A DNA stretch of 64,000 nucleotides, from contig CP158635.1 in NCBI GenBank assembly GCA_050273025.1, forward strand, positions 16,244,001-16,308,000, in the 5' to 3' direction. Position 1 is the stretch's first letter. The number at the start of each line of letters is the position of its first letter. Shown one piece after another: positions 34,671 through 47,300 of this stretch. Source of the stretch: Cenococcum geophilum (lineage: Eukaryota). The notes beneath the pieces are model-generated. The model was not told the DNA's origin and did no database searches. It was given only the letters and a program-made list of their open reading frames with translations. The position numbers were made by a program, and so were the translations under genes.

Positions 34671-37600
34671 AGGCGATGGTAGGGAGCCGTCGCAGCGCGT
34701 GCAGCGCGCTGTCGTTGCGGCTCTGTGGTGTTAAGCCCGCGACGCGTACGATGCATCGCCCTCAACAACACCAGGAGCCCTACTGCCCCCGCTGAGGCTC
34801 CTGTCCTACCATCTAGGGGGGCAATCAATCAAGGGAAACTGGGATACGAAAACCACCCGACGTACGACTACCTAGCTCGTAGCTAGGGCCGAAACTGGCC
34901 TTATCAAGCCAGCGGATGCGGACGCGTCCTAGGCGTACGACAGGACACCCTTGGGCTTGCACTAGCTCTGAGACCGAGAGGATACGGCGAGGGCGTAGGG
35001 AACCTCTTTTTATAAGAACTTGTTAAGGTTAACGCGTCGCAGATACTTCGTACGAAACTTGTTAAGGCCCCAAGGCCACCGCGAAGAACTTGTTAAGGCC
35101 CTGCCTAGAGAACTCATTAAGGCCCCTCCAAGGGCCTATCTGGTATCCGGTACACCCAGGTAACTCAGAAGAGGGTCTTAATAGGCGTGGTGCGCGCGAC
35201 CTGGTCGACAGCGACGCGACGGCGACGCGACGGCGACCAGACGGCTCAACGAGGTGGAAACACGGGCAAAGCTCTAGGCAGCGGAAACACAGGCCAGCTT
35301 CGACGGCCCCATGGCGTCAAAAGGTGACTCATAGGAGGGTCTTAATAGGCGTGGTGCACGCAACCTAATGCATATGTATAAGGCGACTCACAGGAGGGTC
35401 TCAATAGGCGTGGTGCACGCAACCTAATGCATACATATGGGGGAGGCTGCAGGGGAAACACAGGCCAGTCGGACGAGGACTCAACAGTTAGAGACACAGG
35501 CCAGCTTATAGGAAGGGGGGACACAAGCTTAGTTAGTAGGAGAGGGGGGAGCAGGTTGCCTGGCACGGGACCTGGCGTCTCTACGGCCCCCTCCTGCAAG
35601 ACACGGTCGGCCTGTCATAAGGAGACTCCTACAGGCAACGCGAAACGGGAACTAGCAGTAGTATAGGGTGTTGCGCCCCTACACTACTACTAGTCTCCTA
35701 CGGGGCGTAGTACGTAGCAGCCACTGCTGGCTCCAAGGACCTCACCCCTTAGCTGGGCTCTGACCCTTAGTGCACCTAGTAGGCAGGCAGGATCACGTCC
35801 TGGCCGGAGAGACTGCTACGTGGCTCGAGAGAATAGATACGCGTGTCGGTATATCAACAGACGGGACCGTTCGCCTCTAGGGCGGTACGCCGGTGAGATA
35901 TGCTTAAGGAGCAAACAGGAGTTACTCAGGCGGGAGAGGTTTTGGCCCAGCCTTGACCGTAGAAGGTGGTGACGCCTAAGGGTAGGAATAAGCCACTGGA
36001 AAACTGGGGTAGAGGCCTGGATAAGCAGGTATGTCGAACTCTACTGTATTATAGCTAATACATAACTACCTGCCCCCTGAGATGCATGCATCGCAGGGGA
36101 GACACACGTCGAACGACGGTGGTTCGCACTCGCGCGCGCCCACCAGAACCACGCCCAGCAATGGCCCTCCACAACAAGAACGGGCGAATACCACACCACA
36201 AAACGGAAAGACCTCTATTAAGAAGGCATCTGACAAAATACAAAGCCTATTAGACGCGTCTAGTATCCGCAGTTATAGGGGAGCGACCGTCAGCTATAAC
36301 GAACTAATACAGCTAATAGAATGGCTCCGCTAATCTAGCGTACCTTAGGCGCCCCTCTAGCAAACCCTTAACTAAATCCTCTAACAGCTAAGCAAAATTA
36401 AAAATAAATAAAACCCCTCTTTACCGGCAAACCGCACCTAGGCTACCGTAGCTGCGCCTCTATAGTATAGGGAGCCTATCCCCCTAAAGATAATATCCGG
36501 ATATATAATTACAATATAACTAAATATAGAGAAAGTAAAGGGGCTTAGGGGATAATTAGAAATAGAAGTCCTTACAGAAATTTATAAAGAAGTCTACAAT
36601 ACCGTTATAGTCTAATACCTTAGGAGTAGAGATATTAGAGTTACCTTAAGGGACTAATAGGTAAAGGAACGAGCTATAAGGGTAGGGGATAGGCTAGGAG
36701 AACGTATTAGCATAAAAGTGCTCCGTAAAGATTACCTAGTTGAAGTCCTAGCGGTTTCCCTAAGCCTTAGGGTAGAAAAGGGACGCCAGGCGGATAATAC
36801 GGCAACTATATATAAGATAGTAAAATAAATGGAACGCCTTATACTAGGACTTAAGATTACCTAAATCTAATAGCTTTAATAGGAAAATGTAAACTAAGCA
36901 TATAATAAGAATAATAAAAGAATATAAGGGTCGCTAGAGACTCGCTAGGGAGACACTAGTTAAACGTATAGCTCCCTTATTATTAGTATATATACACTAG
37001 GAATGCAAAAACTTCTTATCTAAAAAGGTATTATTATAAATGGCCTTATATATAACGCAAGGCTCTATAACTATAAACTCCGCCTAGAATAATGCTACTG
37101 CTGTGTATAATGGGGATATACCTAATCTATATACGCAGTATAGGTGTGCTGCGGCTACTATATAGGCCCCTACAATATAAGAAACTGCTTAAATTAAGAC
37201 TAAATAAAATGCGTAAACTGCCACTAAAGCATACATAAGGCGTGGGAGAAAGGAGACTGTATTAAATATAGGAGACGGAAGGTAAGGGCTTAATAGCTGC
37301 GGGAATAACTGCACGCTAGGTTATACGAATAGAAATAATAGGCGATAAGCTAAGGGGGCGCAGGTGCCTTTTTAGCATTTCCTACCTTTAATACTAGGGG
37401 GCTAGGCTAGCTATCCCAAGCCTTAACGGGCCAGAAGCGTCGCCGCGCGATATTACTAAACCGTATAGGGATATAAGGGTCATAGGGGACATAAGGGAGA
37501 GGACGCCCTGTAGGAAGACTATTATGGACAGCTATAGTAAGCTTAAGACCAGGATAATTAAGAATTAGACTTAACGCGGCAAATATAATATTTATAGCCA

Positions 37601-38072
37601 ACTCTTAAAGGGTATATAGCTAACTAGTAAGAATAGGGGAGGAACTGGAGATAATAATAGATTTAGATATAGAAGCGCTACTAGGAATATAAGACACGGG
37701 AATAGAAAGCTCTATATAAAATAAGTAGTAACTAGGATGCAGATATAAGAGATAGAAGCTCTAAATATTCTAGAGAAAGTGGAAATAGAGGAAGTAAGGA
37801 ACGAAGGAGAGGCGAAGGACCCCCGCTGGGGGTCCGCCACCTATCCATTATATAGTATAACTGCGGTAATATAAACCACCGTCTTACAAGGCCCTTGCTA
37901 GATAGCTTAGACCTAGAGAAATACTATATCCTTGCTATATAAGAGCCGTATTATAATACCTATATATAATTAATATACTGCCCCTAAGGATTCCAGCTCC
38001 TATATAAACCAAAAGCAGCCATACGCGTATACTTTATGATTAGTAAGGCTATTAGCCTATCCTTATAGTTAT

Positions 38073-41000
38073 TGTCGGGAATGAGGTAAGTTGCCGTCGC
38101 ATGAAGCATATTGCCGTCACGTGTCGACGTAGCCCTAGCGTGGTAAGGAACCTTAAGTTCCTTACCCCTTTCCTTATTCCTATTAATAAGAATTAACTAA
38201 TATTACTATAACCCTACTTAAGTAGTTGTTATTAGTGAGTTACCCTATGTTTCCAACACTAATTAGTGGTTAAATATATAGTTAACTATAGAGCAGCTAG
38301 GTTTTTGAATAGAAGAGATAGTCTTGTATAGGGGTGCTATATACGCTTATATGGAATAGATCCTGGCGATACTATGCTACCTTAGACTTGCGGAAAACTA
38401 GTAATAGAAGTGTTACTAAGTACTAGGAGATACTAAGTTATATCTATCATGTAGAACAACCACGTTTACGAAGATTTGGTTAAGTACTTTAGGTTAGAAG
38501 TGTTACTAAACCTATGGTCCTAAAATTAACGTCTAAAACGCGTTAAACAACTACGCATATAAAGATTTAGTTAAGTACTTTAGGTTAGAAGTGTCACTAA
38601 ACCTACGGTCCTAAAGTTAATGTCCGAAACGCGTCAACAACATCTTAATTGCCTACCTTTTAATAGCAAACCTACGAGATTCTATAAAGCTAAAAACCCT
38701 ACCTACCTTCGACGTACGACACCCCGTCGATTTTATACCTACTATGGCGTTAACCTACCTAAAGAAGTACGAGAAAAGCATTAACCTGGAGATATAGGAT
38801 ACAGATATTGACCCTATAAACGCTAAGGAATAGGACCTAAACAGATTCTTAGTATACTATATAGTATACTATATAGATAGCGAATACAACGATACCGAGC
38901 TATAGTATTGTATAAAGGAGGACTTTATTAGATAGATAAAGGAAATATAGGCTCTTATAAAGAAGGACGTTGTATAAGACTTCTATAACTTCCTTTGGGA
39001 GAATAGAGTATTTATCCCTATGGATAGGGGTGCTATTAAAGATAATATCTAGGAGTAAGTTATTAACGTAAAAGAAGAGCACGAATGGACTCTATAAGAG
39101 GTTAAGCACTAACTATATACTAAGAGGAAGCTTAACTTACGATAGAATCTAAATAATACGCTAATAGAGACGCGCTCTAATTCCATTACTCTAGGTATAA
39201 GTTCTTATGTTCCGTATCTATTGCTTCTACCTCTATCTCTAGCTTCCTAGGATCTACTAATTTAACTAGTAATGTTAACTACTACCCCTTAAGAGTAAGC
39301 GTAAGATCCCCTTGCTTCGCGATTTAATAACCTTTAAACTCTATTATAGGAAGATTAGGTACCACGCCGTGTTCTACTAAGCCCTATATCTTTACTACAG
39401 CCTATAAAGCAATCCCTACCTTAATCTTTAATGTAATTTTAATGTGGTCTAATACTACTTAGAGGTACTTTAAAAATGCTTATAGAGCTTATAAAGCTCT
39501 ATATGAACTAGGAGAAGAAGTTTAGCGGGGAACTGTATAATATCCTTAATTCGAAGCTATATATCTTCTATAACTATTACTAGAAGGTTAAACTAGAACC
39601 TAACTAATATCACAACGCCTATTCCGTTATGCTTAAGGGCCGCGCTAGTACCTTCTATTATAATTATTTGGCAGGAAAAGGATATAATTTTAACCGAATA
39701 ATATATAAGATAAGATGCCACTTTAAAACAGAAGAGAATAAGCAGCAATATATATTGGAGTAGAGAGAGACTACCTTTCTAAGAATCATTGCTACGAACC
39801 CAGGTATCTCTTGGCTTAATTATCTTTAAAAGCTCTTTAATTAACTTTAAACAATTTAGTATAGTTTATCTAAATTATATTAAGAGGACCTTAGCCTACG
39901 TAATTAAGTTATTAGCGTATGCCGAGGTATTAAAGAATATAATTTTACTTTCTTTAGCCCTATAAGTACTTATGAAGGAGTATATACTTAATTAAGATCC
40001 TCTATTAGCACCGCTCTACGCTTTTAAAAAGTATAGCAATTTAACGCCTAACTCTAACCTACCTTAATTAACCTAGCTAATTAACATAATTATAACTAGA
40101 CTGATTGAATATATAGTAGACATAGTAGGGGATATAGTAAAGGGTATAATTAACGTCAACTATGAGGCAATTATGGAGGTCCTTATAGAGGTTCACTTTG
40201 GAGTAATTATTAGAAGAAGTGCTACGTTTATAAGAAGCCAAATTACTAGTTAACTAGACACCCTCTTAATAGACGAAAGGAGGTATATAATAGGTTTCGC
40301 TAGAGCGCACGAAACGTCGGAAACTAAGAGGTTACTATAGCCTACTTCCAAAACTTCCTAGTTTAATATAAAGGCGAAGAAGATCTTAAGGGTAAGGTTA
40401 ACGAGGCCAAATAGCTCCTTATAGATATGGAAATTAAGGACTACTCTCCCAACCAATACTTCACCAAGTATGGTAAGGTAAATAGCACACAAACTGTTGC
40501 TATCCTTAATAACCAATCTACGCTCTATTCTATCACAAAGTTAGATATCTTTAACGAGCTAAAGGAAAGTTCTGCGTTCTCCTTTAACAATAGATACTCG
40601 GCGAACGTCTTCTATAGCATTATGCCAGATACTAGAGCCGCAGGAGTATCTATAGCAGGAGAGCCTCAAGTTTAAGCTCTTTAGTAGCTTAATAGCTCTA
40701 TTTAAATTAACTAATTAATAGCAGGCTAATATATAATTCGCTTTAGCAAGGGTACTATAATCTCTCTTAGCACAATTAAGGTCCAAACCCCGTTAGGATA
40801 TATTACTTTCTATATTATCCCCGCGAACACCCTGTTCCTATTCTATATCTAAGATATAAATAAATTAGGTATTAAGCTTAACAACCTTAAGAATATACTT
40901 ATCCAGGGAGATAATTGGGTGCCCGTTATACGCAAGTGGGGTTACCCTTAGTTGCTCCTTTAATAGCTAGAAAGGAGCATTGCTTAGAGCTACCTAACTA

Positions 41001-44000
41001 AGTTAGAGTTACGTTAACTACACCGTCGTTTTAGCCACCTATCTGTTTACTAATTACTTAGGGTCCTTTAGCGAGTAGGTTATAAAGTTAAGGTTAAGGT
41101 AATTAAATATCTTATAAAGTACTACTACCACTACTAAATAAACTAGAAGTCCCCTAGCCGATTTAAGTTTACTCTTAAAGATAACTACAACTTTAACTTC
41201 TGCATTATTATAGATGTTATATATCTTAGCGGCAAGCTAGTACTTTAAGTTATTAACTTCTTAACCTCCTTCTAAGCCGTACGCTTTTTAAAAGATATAT
41301 CAGCTAGGAACGTATAAGATACTCTTTAATTATACTAGATTAATGTCTACCTAGGACCCCCTAATTAAATCGTTCACGATGCAGAAAAGAACTTCTTATC
41401 TATGGAGTTTTAATAATAGGTAAAGGCAATAACAATTAAGGTTAAGGAAGTCCCCGTTAAGGCATATAATAATATCAGAAAAGTAGAATAATATTATACG
41501 CTATTATGCCGCGTATATAAGATTATTTCTTCGGAACTAGAAGGTGCTAGCGAAGAGCTTATCCTACAGATAGCTGTTAAGGCTGTTAACGATACCGCTG
41601 GCCTAGATAGGCTCGTACCTACATTACTAGTCTTTAGCGCCTACCCTCGAATAACTAATGATTTTCTACTATCTCCCTCTATTGTGTAATAAGCTAAGGC
41701 TATTCGCAAGGCAATAAAGGAGGTACGATATCTCTACGCTACGCGCCAGGTTAATAATGTACTAGGAATAAGAAATGGCCTAAATACCTTAACTACGCTT
41801 AATCTGCCACTCTAATTAAAGGTACGCGTATGGCGTAAAAAGGGAGGATAGTTAGGCCTATATAAACTTATTATAATTAATAGTTAAACTTACACTCTTT
41901 AGATGCCCTATAGACTTACTTAATTCCACTTAACCGTTATTAAGCCCTACTATAGGGATAATAGCTCTAAGCCTTTATAGGATACCCTAGAGGATACCCC
42001 GGAGGAGAACCACGATTAATGTGCTCTAGAAGGCGAAGGCGATTCTAATATAATTATAGTAGACGTACCGCAACTACGACGCGGTAGAGGTTGCCTAAAG
42101 GGATCACGAAATTGCTAACATCTTATTAATTTTAAAGAGTAATTTGTTACCGCTATTAAGAATAGAGATAAACTATTAATGGCCTTTATAACAGCTAAAG
42201 AGAAGGCTGACTTTAAACTTGTAAAATAGCTCTAAAAGGAAGGCCGTATTATAACTTTAGGAGCTCCTTTTTAAGTATCTAATAAGCAGGAGATTAATGG
42301 TCTTATTATAAGAGAAGTCTTTAAATTTAAGAAATACGACCCTATTAAGTTCGATAAAGTCTGTATATTTAAGTTAAGAATAGTTAATAAGATTAAAGGT
42401 AAAGCTACCAATACCCCATTTAAGAAGTTAAGGCTAGTCATTTAAGGTTATAACGATAATGGTAAGGAAGTAATCCTTACGTAATCCCCTATAATTTAAC
42501 GAGCTAGTTAATAAGTTATTATTACGCTAGCTCCCTCCTTAATAAAGAATAGGATAGCGGTTTACCTATAAAACATTACTTAGGCCTATACCTAATTAGA
42601 GACGCGCCTTTAGCGCTTAATACTAGCATACCTTCTAAAGCAAATTCGCCACTAATATCCCGAGGATACGATTATGGTCGTACTTAAGCCATTATATGGA
42701 ATCGTAGAGGCAGGAACTTATTAGTGGGCTACCTACAGCAAGCACCATAAGGAGAAGCTTTTAATAACTACTTCCATATTTAATCCCTGCTTCCTTATTA
42801 TAACTATAGGAACTCTATTTAGAATTATCGGCATATAAACGGACGATATAATCATCTTAGGAGATAACTAATTCTTAGCTCTTAAAGAAGATAAGCTAGT
42901 AAAGGTAAACCTTATAGCAAAGCTAAAGGAAAGACTTAACTTAGTAACACTATTACTCTTTAATAGATGTATCCTCTCCCTAAATAAGGGCTCTATTACT
43001 CTACGCCAGAAGGGTTAAGGTAAGAAAATTAATATTATTAACGTTAATTCTCTAAAGTAAGGATATATAGAGTAACGCGCTTATGGAGCTTATATAGCTT
43101 CTATTTATTAACCTGAGGCTTCCTTTAATCTCTCTATTGCCGCTTAACACCAGGAATTAACTAAGGATAACGTTCTTGCCCTAAATAAGCGTCTTTTCTA
43201 GTAAATAAACCATCTTAATAGGGGACTACTCTACGTACCTATTAACCTTCCTACCGCTAAGCTCTTTATATTTATTAATAGATCGTTTGTAAATAATAAA
43301 GATTTTAGTTCCTAACTAGGATATAAGATTATTATCGCGAACGAATCTACTGGAGAGAATAACTTTATAATTTATGGCAACTTTATCTATTAGAGCTTAA
43401 CTAAAAGCAAGCGCGTCACTTAAAGCGTTTTAGCGTTAGAGATATATAGAATGGTTAGCAGAGTTAATATAGCAATTGCAATTAGAACTACCCTTAAAAT
43501 AATTATAAACCGGCTTAAACTTTCTACTATCCCTATAATCGTATACACCGACTTATATTCCCTTTATAAGTATTTAGTTAAGCTTAGTACTATAAAGGAG
43601 AAGCGTCTTATAATTAATATTATGGCACTTCAGCAGTCCTATAAGCGTTAAGAACTCTTTAAAATCCGATAAATTAATAGCCAAGATAACCTAGTAGATA
43701 TAATAACAAAGGTAAACCCAAATAAGGCACTAGAGACGTTTGTTAATATAAATACTCTATATATACGAGTTAAAGGTTAGGTTAAGAGGGAAATTTAGAG
43801 AAGTTAAAATCTTATAGAACTTCAACCACTGGTTAAAGTTATCTAATTAGTTAGATTTTTGCTAAGAGCGCCACGCCTAATTAATTTAGGTGGCGGTGTG
43901 GACTTCTGCCAACTAATTAGGATTTTCTATGCCCGGTATGGAAAATCGCCATTAGCTCGCTTACTACTAGCGTCTTAGCGGCCCACCCGTCTTCACGTTA

Positions 44001-44333
44001 TTTACCAAATTCTGCCAACTGCCGTATTATCGTATATCGTCTGGTTTTATTGCATATTGTCTGGTTTTATTGTATATTATCTAGTATTGTTATATACTGT
44101 CTATTTATATATATATATATAGCAACTATAAAAAGAAGAGTTGCCAGTGTTAGGAATAAGGCAAGTTGCCGTCGCATGAAGCATATTGCCGTCACGTGTT
44201 AACGTGGCCCTAGCGTGGTAAGGAACCTTAAGTTCCTTACCCCTTTCCTCATTCCTATTAATAAGAATCAACTAATATCACTGTAACCCTACTCGAGTAG
44301 TCGTTATTGGTGAGTCACCCTGTGTTTCCAATA
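38073..44333 (+). mobile_element. Full-length Ty1/Copia LTR retrotransposon inserted in the LINE ORF2 endonuclease region, RIP-inactivated
   Basis: 186-bp LTRs at 38073-38258 and 44148-44333 with GTTAT TSD. Domain order is gag, protease (IMPDTRAAG), LHRRF.H, integrase, RT (K.RLVI*G, *TDD), RNase H (EKRLIINIMAL..SY), which is the Copia order. Confidence 0.93.
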
Positions 44334-47300
44334 GTTATAGTAGGCAGTTAACCTAGATATTATAATTATAATAATCCAGATATATAGGGGACCGGTTTAA
44401 ATTATTAATGTGTATAACCCTAGGGTTAAAGGGGTCCTATAAATAGAGAATATTATATTAGTAATAAGCTTACTAGAAACTGAAGATATAGAGTTTATCC
44501 TATTAGGAGACATAAACCTCCACCACCCGCGGTAGGGGGGTATCTATATTGCTGCCGAATAATAGGTAAAGTGCCTACTAAAAGCTATAGATACCTAGGA
44601 CCTTAAGCTAGCTACCCCCCTAGGAGCAATTATATGGTAATAAGGCACCGCTAAAAGCATAATTGACCTTATATTTATAGACGAAGGCCTATACTAGAGA
44701 CTTAAAAGGTATAACCCCAAAGAAGAATAGGTACTCGCTTTAGACCATATCCCTATCTAAATATAGCTAGATCTAGATATTAAGGTATAATTAAATAGTA
44801 AAAGATACGCAATAAGAAAGCTTAAGATAGATAGCTTCTTTAACACAGTTAAATAATAACTTTAAGACCTAGAAGAAATCCACCTAATACTAAATAAGCA
44901 AGGCTTAGTAGCTATCCCTAAGGAAATTAACCAAAGACTAGAAAGGATCTAGGCAGTAATTAAAAATAGGTTAGAAGAGCACTGCCCGGTCTTAAAAGTA
45001 GGCCCCTATACGCGACACGTATAGTCCGCATAATGCGCGGTTCTTATCGCCAGCTAATAACGAGTAAGAAGAAAATATATAAGCAGCCACGATTCTAAAG
45101 ACAAGAGATATTATAAAGACATAAGAAACCAGCTAAAGAATACCCTAAAAAAAGAAGTAAGGAATAGCTGGAGACGGTTTATAAATAAGTATACTACTAA
45201 CCCGAGCCTCCCCCATAATAAAGGTCTTTAGAGGATAGCAAAATAGGCAAAAAGAAAGGCAGGATGTCTAGTAGAAGACCCACACCTTCCGCCCCTGCGA
45301 AGACTAGATAAATTACTGGCCATAAGCGATAATAATAAGAAGGTAAAAATCCTTATAGAAAGATTTTTCCCCTAACTAGCTTTAGTAGACCTTAGCGATA
45401 TTACAGGCGAAGCACCGGTAACTCGCCTAAGGGTTAACAGTAATATAATAACCAAAGAAATGGCCAGAACTATTAGCCGCCTTTTAAATAATATAGCACT
45501 AGGACTAGATAGGATCCTAAATAAAGCCCTAAAGACCTGCGGACCACTAATAGCACCTTAGCTTACAGATGTAGCTAGAGTATGCTTTATAATAGGCTAC
45601 TGCCTAAGACTCGGAAGAGCTATAATAACGTTTATCTTATGTAAAGAAGGTAAAGCAGACTACTTATTTCTAGGGAGCTACTACCCTATTGCCTTAGAGA
45701 ATACCCTTAGCAAGATCTTAGAAAGGGTAATAGCGGACTATATAGCAGACATAGCAGAGGAACACGCCCTACTACTATAAAGCTAAATAGGGGTAAAAAA
45801 GAACCGCTTAACACTATTAGCACTTATGCTACTCGCTGCCACCATTAAATTAGTATAGGCGATGCGAAGGGACTTTGTAGTATTAATGCTTAGCCTAAAT
45901 ATTAGTGGCGCCTACGATAATATACCCCATAAGCGTCTCCTATACATCCTTAAAGTAAAAGGCTTCCTAAAATGGATTATATAATTTATTTAAGGGTTTA
46001 TAGGCTAAAAAGAAACATTACTGGTCTTTAGCGGATACTAAAGCCCCCCTATTATAGTTGCAACAGGAATACCATAAGGATTACCCCTCTCGCCTATACT
46101 TTTCCTTTTCTTTATAAGCAACCTACTTAACTCCTTTAAGGAAGGGGCAACCTAGGGGATAGGCTTCGTCGATAATACAAACCTAATTATATACGGGCTA
46201 ATAGCCGCAGAGAATTGCAGAACGCTAGAGAAAGCTTATAATACCTATATAGAATAGGCAAGACGATATAAAGTCTAATTCTTACTAAAGAAGTACCAGC
46301 TAATCTATTTTATAAGAAAACGCAACTAATCTGCAGATCTTTAGCATATAATTCGCATCTAAGGCTTTAGGGGTTAGCTAGTTTAGGGCCTAAGAGTATT
46401 AGGAGTATGGGTAGATAGTAAGCTCTAGTGGAGCGTATATGCGGCCTAAGCGGCCTATAAGGGCTAAGTATAGTATATCGCATTATCTAGGATCGTTAAT
46501 TTTATATAGGGCCCATGCTTCTAGAGGTCACGCCTACTATATATAGCAGTTGTCCGGCCAACCATGACGTATAGGTCTAGTATTTGGGCCATTAGAGAAT
46601 CTAAGAAAGGCCCCCCTAAATCGCTCCTTAAACCACTCCAAAAGGTCTAAATAGCCTACCTTTAGAGTATAATAGGCGGATATAAGCAAACGGCTACAGC
46701 ACTGCTTAAGAAGGAAGCTAATATTCCCCCCCTATAACTATATATTAAAGCCGCTGCAATATAAAGGGCGTAAAAGGAACGTAACTCTAATATTATAAAG
46801 TATATTAAGACACGCCTAAATAAACTATAGAGGGACCTTAGGGCGCCTTATAGAAGAACAAACTAATAACCCTAAAGTAGGGAAGATATATTAGAGAAAC
46901 AGGTGAAGAAAGTAAAAGAAGAATGGTACTACTTTAAGGCCCAGGCCTATATAGAGGAGGAAGGAAAACGCGTAAGAGGCCAGCAAGGATAATAGTAAGA
47001 GAGAGAAAAGAGCTAAAGTAAAGTATAAAAGAATACTAAGAAACCAACTTCTGTAATATAATACTGGCTAGACTAACGCTAGAGAGGCGTATGGGAGTTA
47101 AAGGTATAGAGGTTAACTAAGGCAAGAAGAACCTAAGCCGTAGTATAGTTAACGCCATAGGGGGTAAACACTTTAGGGCTCCGAGAAGGCCTAATAAAGG
47201 TAGAAAATATAATAGTAATACTCTTAAGAACAGGAGTAATAGGACTAAAAGACTGGCTCTACTAGGTGGGTATCCTAGTAGGTAGCCCAAGATGCGAATA

